Assembly (NCBI RefSeq): GCF_001194135.2
Contig: NC_068982.1
Location: 26,559,646 to 26,623,645, forward strand
DNA from: Octopus bimaculoides
Taxonomy: Eukaryota
Length of the DNA stretch: 64,000 bases
Direction: 5' to 3'
Under the pieces are notes generated by a model. The model had not been told where the DNA came from. It was given only the letters and a program-made list of their open reading frames with translations, and searched no databases. Position numbers and translations under genes: made by a program. Of the stretch, positions 40,569 through 54,247 are shown piece by piece. How positions within the stretch are numbered: the first letter of the stretch is position 1; the number at the start of each line of letters is the position of its first letter.

Positions 40569-40791
40569 TTCTTTTCTACACTAGGCACAAAGGGCCCGAA
40601 ATTTGGGTGGGGGCAGGCAGTCGATTAGATCGAGTCCAGTACGAAACGAAACTGGTACTTAAGTTATCGACTCTGAAAGGATGAAAGGCAAAGTCGACCT
40701 CAGCGGAATTTGAACTCGGAGCATAAAGACAGACGGAATACTGCTAAGCATTTCGCCTGGCGTGCTAACGTTTCTGCCAGCTCGCCGCCTT
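40569..40791 (-). mobile_element. tRNA-derived SINE, full length
   Basis: Reverse complement starts AAGGCGGCGAGCTGGCAGAAACGTTAGCACGCC and has the B-box GAGTTCAAATTC. Confidence 0.85.
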
Positions 40792-40870
40792 GTAGTATAA
40801 TAAATATTGAATATATACACTAATGTATATGTTTTGTGTATTTTCCGGGGGCTACAATGGTGTAATAGAG

Positions 40871-41131
40871 TATATAATTCTCAAATCGTCGGTGTTCAAC
40901 CACCTTAGAGTTATGGACAGGTGAGATAACTCACCCTCAATTCCATTTGAGAATGATGGACATTGATATTTCGCCATCACAAAATGTGGCTTGTCAGCAT
41001 CATGTACCCGTCTGCTGACAAGCCACGAAAATGGCGAAGTATCGATGTACATCACTCTCAAATGGGATTGAGGGTGAATTATCGCGCCTGTTCATGACTC
41101 TAAGGTGTTTTTAACACCGGTGACATGAGAG

Positions 41132-41138
<7 letters not shown>
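40871..41138. mobile_element. Foldback (almost fully palindromic) element, about 268 bp
   Basis: Arms 40871-40999 and 41013-41138 are reverse complements (about 80% by eye), with a perfect 14-bp inner stem GTGGCTTGTCAGCA/TGCTGACAAGCCAC, a 13-nt loop and TATA at both ends. Confidence 0.85.
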
Positions 41139-41179
<41 letters not shown>

Positions 41180-42080
41180 ATANNNNNNNNNNNNNNNNNN
41201 NNNNNNNNNNNNNNNNNNNNNNNNNNNNNNNNNNNNNNNNNNNNNNNNNNNNNNNNNNNNNNNNNNNNNNNNNNNNNNNNNNNNNNNNNNNNNNNNNNNN
41301 NNNNNNNNNNNNNNNNNNNNNNNNNNNNNNNNNNNNNNNNNNNNNNNNNNNNNNNNNNNNNNNNNNNNNNNNNNNNNNNNNNNNNNNNNNNNNNNNNNNN
41401 NNNNNNNNNNNNNNNNNNNNNNNNNNNNNNNNNNNNNNNNNNNNNNNNNNNNNNNNNNNNNNNNNNNNNNNNNNNNNNNNNNNNNNNNNNNNNNNNNNNN
41501 NNNNNNNNNNNNNNNNNNNNNNNNNNNNNNNNNNNNNNNNNNNNNNNNNNNNNNNNNNNNNNNNNNNNNNNNNNNNNNNNNNNNNNNNNNNNNNNNNNNN
41601 NNNNNNNNNNNNNNNNNNNNNNNNNNNNNNNNNNNNNNNNNNNNNNNNNNNNNNNNNNNNNNNNNNNNNNNNNNNNNNNNNNNNNNNNNNNNNNNNNNNN
41701 NNNNNNNNNNNNNNNNNNNNNNNNNNNNNNNNNNNNNNNNNNNNNNNNNNNNNNNNNNNNNNNNNNNNNNNNNNNNNNNNNNNNNNNNNNNNNNNNNNNN
41801 NNNNNNNNNNNNNNNNNNNNNNNNNNNNNNNNNNNNNNNNNNNNNNNNNNNNNNNNNNNNNNNNNNNNNNNNNNNNNNNNNNNNNNNNNNNNNNNNNNNN
41901 NNNNNNNNNNNNNNNNNNNNNNNNNNNNNNNNNNNNNNNNNNNNNNNNNNNNNNNNNNNNNNNNNNNNNNNNNNNNNNNNNNNNNNNNNNNNNNNNNNNN
42001 NNNNNNNNNNNNNNNNNNNNNNNNNNNNNNNNNNNNNNNNNNNNNNNNNNNNNNNNNNNNNNNNNNNNNNNNNNNNNNNN

Positions 42081-42112
<32 letters not shown>

Positions 42113-43714
42113 CATATACCCACATATATATATATATGCGCGCACATACCCACATATACATACATATGTTTATACGCATATATGTGTGTGTGTGCGTGTG
42201 AATGTGTGGGACTGTGTGTGTGCGTCTTTGTGTGTGTGTGTCTGTATGTGTATGGGTGTGTGTGCGTGTGTGTAGTTTATAACAATTTGTAAGAAATAAT
42301 GCAAGTGGATTGTTTGTATTTTAACCTATATTTCAATATTTCAGGGTTAGGGGTCCTTCTTCAAAACTTCTACTGAGACGTGGTGTTGTGAACTGACTTC
42401 TATGTTCTGTAGTGTATGTATTTGAAAGGATGCTTTGCATGTGCAGGATAGCATTACTACAGTAGCTAATCAGCTGTGTGTAACTTGGTTCTGTGGTTAA
42501 TATATGGTTTAGTCTTGGCAATTATGATAGCGTCTTTTATTCTGAATTTCCCACTGTTTCGTTCTGTGTCTTCAATGGAAATCTGAAGGTCTTAGATATG
42601 GAATTTCCGTATATAAGTGTATTAGTTCGAAGATATTCTCAAGGATAGATCATCAGTGTTTTTCCTGTGGTCTCAAGAGGTTTCGAATGTTTCAACAGCA
42701 GAGCCTCTTCCCCATATGATTCAGCCGGGGTTGATCAAGTCTCAGCTTGAATCCCAGTAAATCTGTCGTTCTGATTTTATGATTCATTCGACTCAGAACT
42801 TTACTTATCTGAATGTTCACTTTATAGTAAGAAAATTTGTGAACTGTCAAATTCAATCACTAGCATCGAACACCTGTTACATTTCTCTCCCGACAAAAGC
42901 CCTCAGTACATATATAGTTATATCATATATATTTAAGCCACCACAGAAGATAGGTTATCTTAAGAGAACTCAAAGGGGCCGGTCTTCCTTCATTTAGGAA
43001 AGTTATCCTGCAGGGGGTCCCACACTAGTATTTATACCACGTAACTAAGGGTGGAAAAGAAGAAAAACGGTCAAATATCGTAGCCTTATTCATTTCATTG
43101 TCAAATTTACCTGAAAAGGCTCACAAGGGCTTCCCCATTCTCATCTAAGTAGGTTATCCCAGACACCAACCTTGTATTTTAAGCATTAGGCTTTCCGTAA
43201 CCTCGAGGTTTACTTGAATCTCAGGCTCTCGTCGCTCTCTGTTGAAAGCAATGCAATCAGTAAAATTTCTACGTTAGCAACGTATAGGGATCAAGTGGTA
43301 CGTAATTGTGACGACGTTCTCGGGGAAATTAGACGTCGACAAGAACGAACTAGCTGGTCTGTTTCGGAGGACTTTCGGGTCGGAAACTACATAGATAACT
43401 TCAGCAATTAACTGATCTAGCAGTGTTACCGAGGAACATTGTCGATCGAGATAAATTCTATAAACATGGAATTGTTGTCAGACAAGTCTACTCAAGATGC
43501 ACCCAGACATACTAAACTGTACTGCACGCACTCCTGCAATGATCGGGTATTGCTGACAATGTTAATCAGCTGTGGAAAGTGAAGATGGAAATTGCTCTCT
43601 CTCTCTCTCTCTCTCAGTGAATTTGTAAAAGGTGGGTGACTAACACAAATGGTTAGAGTGAATGGGGCTATTCTAAGCCTACGCCTGCAGATTGGAGAAC
43701 AACAGTTGGGTAAG

Positions 43715-43863
43715 AGCTCGTGCATCCGTCTCTCTACGTTCTGAGTTCAAATGCTACTGAGGTCGACTTGGCCTTCCATAAAATAAATACCATTGGAGTA
43801 CAGGGGTAGATGTAATCGATTTACCTCTCCCCGATACTGCTTGCTTTGTGCCAAAATTTTAAG

Positions 43864-43895
<32 letters not shown>

Positions 43896-44090
43896 GAGGC
43901 GCGGCAAGTTGGTAGAATCTTTAGCATGCCGGAGAAAATTTTTAGCAGATTTTTTTCCGTCTTTATGTTTTGTGTTCACATTCCGCCGATGTCGTCTTTG
44001 CCATTTATCCCTTTCGGGTCGATAAAATAAGTACCGAGCTTTGAGGTCAACGTAATCTACTACCGAGTTGCCCGAAATTTCTGGTCTTAT
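43715..44090 (+). mobile_element. Two tandem SINE copies separated by an (ATT)n tail
   Basis: A 5'-truncated copy (43715-43862, GAGTTCAAATGCTACTGAGGTCGAC), then (ATT)n, then a full copy from 43897 (GGCAAGTTGGTAGAATC...GGTCGATAAAATAAGTACC). Confidence 0.7.
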
Positions 44091-44748
44091 CATTTTATAG
44101 GATAAACAATTTCATTACTTATTATTTAAAAAGACGATAAAACCAATTAAAGGTTATAAATTAGTAGAAGGAATTATGCAATATTAAGAAAAACAACTGT
44201 TAATAAGCTTCGTATTTATTTCTTATGCTGTAGAAATGGGCATATGCTTTTACTCTCGGATGTTTTCTGAAGATAAAAACGAAAGGGTAATAAAATAATG
44301 ACAAGAACAAAACTCTAAAACTAGTTTGTTTTTTTTTTTATAGAAAAACAGAACTCGAAAACGTAAAGAAAATATCAAGACAAACAGACAATTGTGAAAA
44401 CAAACAGAAAAAGCAAAACATTTTATATGCACGTCGGTTTCTTTATTTTTATTTACTATTTTGCCCTTTACTTTCGTTATAAAGTACTTTTTCTTTGTCT
44501 TTATTCAGTATATTTTATCTTAAGAAATGCCATACATTTATTTCTATTTTATTTTTAAAATTTTATTTATTTATTTATAAGTGTTTACGCGTCGTTTTGT
44601 TAAAAGAAAATCTATGCATAAATCAATAGATATAGGTCTGGTTCATACATATATATATATCCACATGCGCACATATGCACGTGCACCCAGACACTTACAT
44701 ATATACACACATATACATACGTGCATATACAAATAACTACACTTATAC

Positions 44749-44786
<38 letters not shown>

Positions 44787-45559
44787 GTATGTATGTATGC
44801 ATGTACTTATGTATATGTATAATCACAAGCAGCACCAAAAGTGGTAGTAACAATATCCGTTATTATTGATGATGGCGATGACGAAGACGACGACGATGGC
44901 AATCATCATCATTGTCATCATCAACATTATCATCATTATCATCAAATATAGAAATAAAGGACGGATTAAATGAACAGTTGAAAGACAAAAAAGAAACAAT
45001 GATATATAAAGCGATAATCGAAAAACCGAAATGAAAAGAACATGCGTGTATTTTTGACGTTTAGTTAAAAGAGAAAGAAAACAAGAGAAATTAGATTGAG
45101 TGCGAAAAAGATAAATCAACAAAAGATGTTGAAAAAAAAGATTAGTTAAATGAAGAAAAAAAGCTAAGTATGGAGTAACGAAGAAGAAAATGTCTGGTTG
45201 TGATAATGTGAAAACGAAAAAAATCTTGATAGGGAAGAGAAAAAAAAAAGAGTTATTGCCTAAGTTGTTTGTTAGAATATTAGGTTTTTATTCAGCTTTG
45301 TGTGTCAAGGTCTATATTGTTGTTAAAGTTTTGTAAACATTAAGATATTTTTCATGATATGAGTAAGAGGAAGAAAAAGAAAAGATAGATATTGTTTCAA
45401 ACGTCGCTGATTGTGAGAATGTCAGGCATGTCAGCGTACTTACCATAGATAAGGTTCGTTCTCTACTGCATGTTCCTGCCATGTCCCTGCCGTTCAATTT
45501 TTAAATAATTAAAATTCAAGAGTTGTCGCCCATGCATTTTTTTTTTTTTAATATATATA

Positions 45560-46335
45560 GAACCAGTGCTGTGTGACTAAAAAAGTTCGCCTTGCAATCA
45601 CATAGGTGCGGCTTCAGCCCTATTTCTACTGTAGTCCCAGGCTGACCAATGCGTTGTGAGTGAATTTGAGANNNNNNNNNNNNNNNNNNNNNNNNNNNNN
45701 NNNNNNNNNNNNNNNNNNNNNNNNNNNNNNNNNNNNNNNNNNNNNNNNNNNNNNNNNNNNNNNNNNNNNNNNNNNNNNNNNNNNNNNNNNNNNNNNNNNN
45801 NNNNNNNNNNNNNNNNNNNNNNNNNNNNNNNNNNNNNNNNNNNNNNNNNNNNNNNNNNNNNNNNNNNNNNNNNNNNNNNNNNNNNNNNNNNNNNNNNNNN
45901 NNNNNNNNNNNNNNNNNNNNNNNNNNNNNNNNNNNNNNNNNNNNNNNNNNNNNNNNNNNNNNNNNNNNNNNNNNNNNNNNNNNNNNNNNNNNNNNNCTAT
46001 TCTGAGCATATTCCTTTGTGTGTGTGTGTGTGTCTGTGTGTGTGCGTGTACGTGTGCGTGTACGTGTGCGTGTACGTGTGCGTGTACGTGTGCGTGTACG
46101 TGTGTGCACATCTGTGCGTCTGTGTGTGTGTGTGTGTGTGTGACTTTTTCACCCTACCCCCGCTTCAAAACCGATGATTCTTTTTAATCCCTATAACTTA
46201 GGGGCTCGGAAAAAAGGACCGATAAAATAAGTACGAGCCTTAAAATGGGGGTGATTTGTTCGAATAAAAATCCTCCAAGGCGATGCCCCAGCATGTCCGC
46301 AGTCCAATGACGGATTCAATTAGAAAGAAAGAAAA
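45560..46335 (+). mobile_element. Second-family SINE split by an internal microsatellite and gap
   Basis: Head GTGCTGTGTGACTAAAAAAG...TTTCTACTGTAG...TTGTGAGTGAATTTG before the gap; tail TAACTTAG...GACCGATAAAATAAGTAC...GGCGATGCCCCAGCATG after (TG)n and five copies of CGTGTACGTGTG (46045-46104). Confidence 0.65.
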
Positions 46336-49300
46336 AAGATAGGTAGAATCAAGTAACTTTTCTTTTTTACTTCTTTTCCATATCACAACGCTACTAATTT
46401 TAATTGATTAAAGTTTTTAATTCAATGCCACATGTATTCAAAGCAACAAATTGGTAGTACCATTAGAACATCCAGCAGAATGGTAAATTAACTACAAGTG
46501 TATGGTAATGGATTTAGCGCAAGACGAGATACCATTCTCTGTCTGGTCTGGCTCTCTGCTTTCTAACGAAACATTTGTGACGTTATTAGTACCAGGTTTT
46601 TTATGCGTTGACATTCACTGAAGCATCATTGGTGGCTTGGAGTGGGAGACATGCATGTATGGGCAACTGCTAGAGTTCCATAGAAAATATCTTATCCAAG
46701 CCTGCATCTTGGAGAGAAATTTACCATTGAATATATCCATACGTTCCATAACTGACAACTATTGGCATGAACATATGTGACATTAAGCGATGAACTTCAG
46801 TCGAATTGTGATATAGTCTCGATTCATAGTTGAAATAATTTCACTTTATATACGCAACTAATGTCAATCAGAAATTGCAATCATTACACAAACCTCTTCT
46901 AAATAACAAATTCTCAGTGTCTTATCGAGAAAAAGATATTTAGTACCTTATTTAAATTAGTTATTTTTAAATGAACAATGCTTTGTGACTGGAGGTTGGT
47001 TGAAGTCTGTCGTACACATAACATATAGTATAACATAATGCGTGTGTGTGTTTGTGCGTACGTGCGCGTGTGTGTGCATGTGTGTTTGTGTGCGTATGTA
47101 TGTGTGAGTGCGTCGGTGCGTGCGTGCGTGCGTGTGTGTGATGTACATGTATGTGGGAATGTTCGTTTGTGTACATCAATGTAAAATTGTTGATCGAGTT
47201 TCCTTAGCGTCAAAAGAAATTTAGGCATTCGGTAATACAAACCTGACTGAAATAAATATTGTGGCCGAAATGAGCGACTAAAAACCTTTGGAGACAGTGT
47301 ACCAGTATGACTGCAAATCCAACTTCTAAAACCAGTAAAATAATAAAAGAACCCATTTTCCTCAGTCTCAATAGTGAGGCGTTTGTAGGAAGCATATGTG
47401 AAACAAATGCATTAGATTATCAATCCAACTAATCAGAGATTTACGTTTTACACTCTGAAATCCTTAATATCACATAAACAAGAAATCTTTAAAAAACTTT
47501 CTTTATCTTTTTTTTTAAGATTAAGAATTAAGTATGAATCTGTGTTTTATTTAGCATGATATTTAAATACATTTGGTTAAAGAAGGAATATCTGTTAGAT
47601 TTGCTTCTTATGCTGGAGAAAAATGAGGGGGGAAGGGAAAAGTAAATGTTATTCACACAATCCTTTCCAACGTGGAGATACTTCCTTTTATACGAAACAT
47701 TTGCAATACTTAAAAGATTAACAGTAATTTACATTAAAGTTTATGAATCAGTCCATTGAGTCCCTTGTTTGGAAGTACGTGTTTCATAATCTATATGTGT
47801 ACTTAGAAAGGACAGCTATTACTTATCTCACCATTCTGAAAATAGTAAACGATTACCATGTAAAGATAGTGTTATATATTATGCATTGCCAAACTCTTGT
47901 TACTATAATCAGTTTGGCATTAAGAGAATACAAAGATAAACAAAAGACATCACATTTTGGATCACTTCGTATAGAATAATATTCACATTATTAACCCCTG
48001 AGAGAGGAATAGATGTACTTTAACATGATACAGATTAACAAGTTGCAAATTTGAGTAGTGCTTAAAAGAGATTTTGATGTGTAATGTTTTTCTTTTATAA
48101 ATTAGTCACAGGAGGAATGATAGTAACCGTATCCTTTGTAGATCCTCCTTAATTAGTAAGTTTGGTGTAGCCGACACCCAGTCTGAACATGTTCTAGTTA
48201 ATGTCTACAGAAAACAAGCTGCATGGCGAGGAAATTGTAAGTCTGGATGCAATGATTTCCGCTCCGCTACAGACGATCAAGGATCAGGTTCTGATCTTAA
48301 AGGGTCTGGCTTAGTAGTCTGTCCACGTATTGCTTTATTAACTTGTTAATGCTAAATATATCGATTATATTCGACGTTCTGTCATAGGAGTTATAACTTG
48401 GAATATACTGTCTTTGAAAAAGGAGTAATGACCTGTACGAAGAAGAGACTGTTCTATTAGGATGTCGTGAAACTTACTTGGAAATAACTTGCTGAATATA
48501 AGTCACCTTACAGACCAAGAACTTTCAACACTTGATTGACTGAAGTTCCTTGACTTATGGATCATACGTATTTTTTTATTATAATACTGTCTGAAACCAA
48601 TACGTATCGCCAAGAGTTGTAAGTGAATCAGCGATCAGATACATAAAGCGACAGTTCAGATTAGCAGCAATAACGCAGGGTCATAATCACACAAACGTCT
48701 TGTTTCTTCTAAAGTCAAATGTAGTAAAGATAAGTTTCATTCCTCAAAGACATAGAGTAACTAAATCGTTGAAGAATGAAACTACATCTTTACTACAGTT
48801 GATCTTAGTAGATACAAGGTGCTTACAATTGGTTATAGTATTTTGGGGGTGTCTATGCAATGATATTTATGATTCTAATATTTCAGAATTTGAATCCTGC
48901 CAAATAAAAACTTGTTTAACTAGATAGGTTTTTTTCTTTTTTCTTTTTTTACAGTTAGGACTTTCATAATGAGATGATGAGGGATGAATATAAAGGAGGT
49001 AATTTTTTTTATTACTCAGTACATTCCAAACACAGCTGATAGATATATATATATATATATATTTATAGATTATTTACGTGTTCAGTGTATTTGTATCAGG
49101 GAGAGAACATTGGGTGAAACAGTTTTTGTTCCGTAATGGAAAGATTTATGGTATGGCCAGAGAAGTAATAACATTTATCGTTCAAAGTAGAAGTTCAGTC
49201 GTTTGATTTTCTATTAACTCTTTCCACCTCTCATTCATCCAACGTCTACAGACATTAACTAGATGTTCAACCCGTATATCAGCCACACTAGTTTCACCAG

Positions 49301-50224
49301 TTAAGGAGATTCTACATAGGACATGGTCACTATCACTCCTCATCTGACTAACTTCTAGATGAGAATATTCTAAATTTATATTAGTTTCATGCACCAATCA
49401 AATTGGCAACTTATTAAGTTGTATCATATTCAGCTATCTAGTCCTCTCACGCTAGTGTTGATAAAGTAAATATAATCCAATTCTAAGGGACCCGACAGTT
49501 GATGCCGTTATATATGTAGGTGTCAGATGTATTTGTGTGTCTGTGTATTACTGACAAAAAGCTTCGCAAATATTTCTTTTTCAGCATAGAAGGTATATTA
49601 AATTCCTTTCGTATAATAACAATATGAGTATTAGAAAATATTGTAAATCATAATTATATTCTGTTATCGCATTTCTACTTTTTTTTTACATTGAAACAAG
49701 TTTTTAAGAAAAAGGTGAAAATAAAATTCAAATAAAATTTTATATAATGCAGAGAATTTTGATTAAGCAGTACCATACGTAAGTTTTCAAAACGTTTTTA
49801 TTTAAACATCATATTCTGCGTTTAGGGAGAAACACGTGTCCCAAATAATCATAATTCATACAACCTATTCAAGTTTTTCATAGTATCACAGTTAGCTTTA
49901 GTGTATATTTTGTCATATTTCTTCCTCGATATAGTAACATGTATTTGAGTAACTAATAAAGATTGCATTATCATCTAATTAATACCATAAAGAGTTGTAA
50001 TTTATAACTTAATTCTTCAGATTCATTGTAAAGCCTGTCTTGAGCATGCGAGCTAAGAAAATTTATAGTTTGCTTTTAGCAGTAAAATACACATGTTCAT
50101 AATTTATTAAATGGGAGATAGACTGGGCTATTTACTGAGGACTTTAGAAAATATTCTAGTATATTGACCAGTACTCTTGGAATACGGCCATAAACGACGG
50201 CTTATCTATCATAATCTCATAAAC

Positions 50225-50230
50225 TTTATT
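50225..50230 (-). terminator. Candidate polyadenylation signal AATAAA of the minus-strand gene model
   Basis: TTTATT on the + strand, 200 nt downstream of the predicted stop. The motif is common in AT-rich DNA. Confidence 0.35.
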
Positions 50231-50430
50231 TCATGACGTAGTGTTGGAATCATATTCAATACTTATGGAACAGTAAGAATATAGCAATAGTAATGTTAAA
50301 AGCACCTAAAACTTTATAACTCTTGCACATCGCAAAGGGTAATATCAGTGTTTGTAAGTACACAGAAGGACGACGAAAAAATTCATAAGAAAATAAACAG
50401 GGGGAAAAAAATGCAAACACGCTCTTCCTC

Positions 50431-50510
50431 TTATGTCGACCAAATGCCATCACAATTTCGACAGCTTCCTACAATATTGTTCAAGTTGGTGATGTCAGTA
50501 ACATCACATT
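50431..50510 (-). CDS. Candidate terminal coding exon (exon 4) of a small Cys-rich secreted peptide
   Basis: Pyrimidine-rich acceptor ...TCTCGTCTCATCACGCCCAG|AA. Only the phase-1 frame is open beyond a few codons: (E)CDVTDITNLNNIVGSCRNCDGIWST*. Confidence 0.5.
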
Positions 50511-51084
50511 CTGGGCGTGATGAGACGAGAGGACATGAGAGACGAGAAACGACAGAAAAAATAATTGAGATAGTGACAAGCAAATTAAGTTTTATAGACT
50601 GAATACATAAGAATAGATTAAAGTAAGGGAAAATGCAAAACAAAACAATGTATATATAATAAATTTCTTCTGAGATGGCAATAAAATTAAGACGAGTTAC
50701 ATTAACAATGTTGTGCAAGAATAATGAGGATAAACGACACGAGAGGAAAAAATGGGAAAAAAATTGAAGAGAAGTCATTTAGTAATGAAAGATTCTTTGG
50801 ATATATCTAGTTACAAATATAGAAATAGATTCACTAGGTAAAACATAAACTTTTAAGGTTGTAACAAATAAGTTAGAATAAAGTATTTATATAAATTAGT
50901 GATACTTCATGCGCTAATATTTTAAATATTTAACCATAAAAATGAGGTGTTTATATATAGTAATCATTGAATAACTTTCAATAGTCACGTAACAAACCAT
51001 AGACGCATAATGTTTAAACGATAGACAAATAATGATTAAAGATATGCAAATCATGTTAATGCTAGTTTTACGTAGAAGGTTCTA

Positions 51085-51165
51085 ACATGGTGGTTAAGAT
51101 ATTCATAAGGTCATTCGTTCAATTCCTAGACACGCTGTGTTCTTCAGGAAGACACGTCATTTCCC
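51085..51165 (+). mobile_element. Third-family SINE head fragment
   Basis: GGTGGTTAAGATATT...GTTCAATTCCTAG...GCTGTGTTCTTCAGGAAGACAC. Confidence 0.4.
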
Positions 51166-52311
51166 GACAACCCAGTCTATTCAACTATAATAAGAATCTA
51201 CCGAGAGCCGCTGCCGCCTTCTCTCTCCTCCAGGTGTCACATTCTGTATGTATGTACCTTTTGATCGAGGGTGAGAAGTTGAGAGGGTGTCTATATCCGC
51301 TGGCGACTACATAGGCACCTAAAGCAATTAGTAAAAGCATGGTGCATGTTACCAAACCATATTCGCTTGTGACTGATGGTTGGTTGTACACTGCGTTAGT
51401 TCTGTTATTCCAAGCATAAGACGAAACAATGCAATTTTTGCATTAGACTAATTTTTTAATTATTGAATTGTAAATAGCATATTTATAAAAAGACAGTTAT
51501 AAGAACAAAGTGTAATTAGTTACGAGGTACCATTAAAAGAAAATAGATGAGAGTTGTGTGTTTAGCATACGAGAAAGAAGTAGCTTTTAAGTTTTTGTCA
51601 CGGTCAATTTGAACTTTCTATGGAAATATGTCTTTGCTTTGTGCAAGAGCCGATAAAAGATTATCCTATAAGGATATTTGTTTGCTTTCACACCGATCTA
51701 GTCATCAGCTCCAAGTAAATACAAATCGATGGTACAAAATCCCTAGTGAGAGGCAATATCCTCTTATTGGCATCCCGTTAAATTCTTAGACAGGTCATTT
51801 AGTTCTCAAAAATCACCCCCCCCCACCTAGCTTCATTTAGATGATACAGCTGGGGTTTACACTTCATTCAAAGCTATTTTTGCATCGAAGCAGTTACTTT
51901 GACTGACAATGCTGATTTTAATTCAACGAAGTCGAAATTGTTACCTGCTCCAAATTGCTCCTCTCCCTGGTGTAAATAAAAGGGCCTGCCAAAGGCTAGT
52001 CATTCTGATTGAAATAAACAATTTCGAAAGTTTCATTTTTGTATCTGGTTTGCAAGATTCTTTATGTGAATTCGTGTGTTGAATAATATTGGTATAATGA
52101 CACTCTCGAGATGCATCGAAAATTCAAAGCTGATCACCAGAAAAGTAACGAAGAAATTTTTACCATTATTTTCTTTTCTTTTCTTTTTTGTTGTCCTGTG
52201 CTAGTAAAATAGAATGAGCCAAACTTGAAACGGATAGCAACTTTTAGGTATATTTATTGTATGGAGGAATACCATTATTTAACAGATAAAAGTTATACGA
52301 TTGTAATGCAA

Positions 52312-52317
<6 letters not shown>

Positions 52318-52347
<30 letters not shown>

Positions 52348-52390
52348 TGTATGTATGTATGTGTATGTATGTATGTATGCATGTATGTAT
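52318..52390. repeat. (TATG)n microsatellite
   Basis: Read directly. Confidence 0.95.
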
Positions 52391-53174
52391 AAAGATTCAG
52401 TTGAATTAGGTACTTAAGTTGAAGCACCAATTCAGTCCGGTATTATTCGCACAGCTCGAAGTAAGGTGAATAAAATCAAAATAAACAACAGGAAATCAAG
52501 TAGTAATGCAGTATGATCGTTTCAAGCAGTTCCATTTAATTGATCAATGAAATCATTATTTCAATTTAAATGCAATGCTATCTTCAGCTGCACAAGTAAA
52601 TAAATGGAATTTTAACAAGTAGGACACATTAATATAATTTTTCTTAAATATTTTAACAGAGTAAAAAGATGGAGGAAATTCATGTTGTCGCTATTGTAGC
52701 TAAGAAAAGACTACAACTTCTAAGAACCGCATGAAACATAGTGGGGTCATTAGGTTTTAAGGGTTGTAATTCACTTCTAATTCATCTATCTCTTTATCAA
52801 CTACTAAATCTGAGACTAGAAGACTGTTTTGAATAAAGAACATGAGTGAGTTGACAGCTCATGGCTAGGTATGGTCATAAATATTACCATATGTATCCCT
52901 TTTCCCCAGGGCGGAAATAAGACATTAGGGGTAGGCAGTTGAATATAAGTAACTGTCTATAAAAGAGGCAGGGTAGACATAAACTTTAAACCATGATGTT
53001 AATTACCAGTTAAAGGGGAAAGAAACTAAGAAACCTAAGATGTTAATACAGAGGAAATTTTATTAGGACCACTATGGGGGAATGTTTATAAACAATATTG
53101 TTATGTTGTATGAAAATAAAATTTAAGAATTCCAAAAATGATATCATAACCAAAATATGATATCGTATGATGGA

Positions 53175-53435
53175 CTCTCCCGTCAAGGACGACGTATACT
53201 GTTCAGCATTTTTCCCGAACGACCTGCACAAATGATTTTGTTTATAGTGATCAAATGTATGTGCTGCCCATTAGCTCATTTCTTCCATCAATTCGATGTT
53301 GTCTGAACAGGTGCACGGTGTACCATGCGTGAGGTGCCGAGGCGGTCGTACAGAAACGCGAGATGAAGTGTTTTTCTCAAAAGCACAACACACCACACGG
53401 TCTAGGAATTGAAATTCTAACCACTAGGCCACGAC
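53175..53435 (-). mobile_element. Third-family SINE
   Basis: GAGATGAAGTGTTTTTCTCAAAAGCACAACAC...CTAACCACTAGGCCACG is the reverse of a tRNA head plus core. Confidence 0.55.
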
Positions 53436-53656
53436 ATTAGTTCAAAACAATATGTATACAAACGTACAAGCGCGCTAGCTACAATATTTTATCCCAGAGG
53501 AACTTTTCAGACAGACATCTGTATTTAAAAACAACTTACTCAGACTGTAGCCGCGGATCAGCAGACACAGTGTTTTCATCTCGTTTAACCTCCTCATTGT
53601 TCAACGCACTTAAGACATTCTGAGTTTCTGCAATAAAACTTTGTATATATACTATA

Positions 53657-54247
53657 CGTGGTCTGACCAATAACTATCTAGACTGTTCCCATAGTAACGA
53701 AGCTAAAGCACGTAGAGTGAAGCACAGACACGTGTCTCATACTCAAATCTTCAGCGACAATGGACTAAACTGAACCGTAACTAATGTACTAATCTGCACA
53801 TCCTCTGATAACTCACGGATGGTGATTCGTCGATTTTCCCTCACAGCTGCACGTACATCTGCGATATTTTTCTCAGTTTTGCTGGTTGCGGGTCTCCCAG
53901 AACATTCATCAATATCGACATTTTTTCGACCATCTTGGAAACGTCTGAACCATTAGTACGGTTGTGTGCGGCTCATACACTCTATTCCATACACATTCTG
54001 CAACCTTGCGTAGGCCTCTGAGCAGGTATCTCCATGACAACTTTTTCTGTCATGGTCAATGCGACGATCACACGTTACACTCCTTCCTTCCAAGCCCTGC
54101 TGTAAACAGCAGAAGTGAGCTACATCGTTAAAACTTAGTGCGCATGCACAGCAGAGTTCAAGGTCAATCTTTGCCAAGCAACTTTACTCTGCGTGCTTTA
54201 GCTTCATTACTATGGCAACAGGCCGGATACTTATTGATCAGACCACG
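53657..54247 (-). mobile_element. mariner deletion derivative (591 bp) with ~68-bp TIRs and TA target duplication
   Basis: TA|CGTGGTCTGACCAATAACTATC... and ...GATACTTATTGATCAGACCACG|TA. Internal relic 54053-53725 reads MTEK..GDTCSEAYARLQNVYG..MSRTQPY*WFRRFQDGR..DECSGRPATS..VRENRRITIRELSEDV, i.e. the N-terminal HTH only. Confidence 0.9.

Noticed and set aside
42330-43000. Possible further Penelope-like fragment on the minus strand
   Set aside because: Only weak, scattered residue similarity; too decayed to support.
49182-49397. 71-aa minus-strand ORF (MVHETNINLEY...)
   Set aside because: No recognisable motif or clear splice sites, and it lies beyond the predicted poly(A) signal.
51945-52004. 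60-nt minus-strand exon candidate (CAG|...CAG|GTAACA)
   Set aside because: It has a stop in the phase needed for the Cys-rich model and sits in repeat-like sequence. It is compatible only with the alternative frame.
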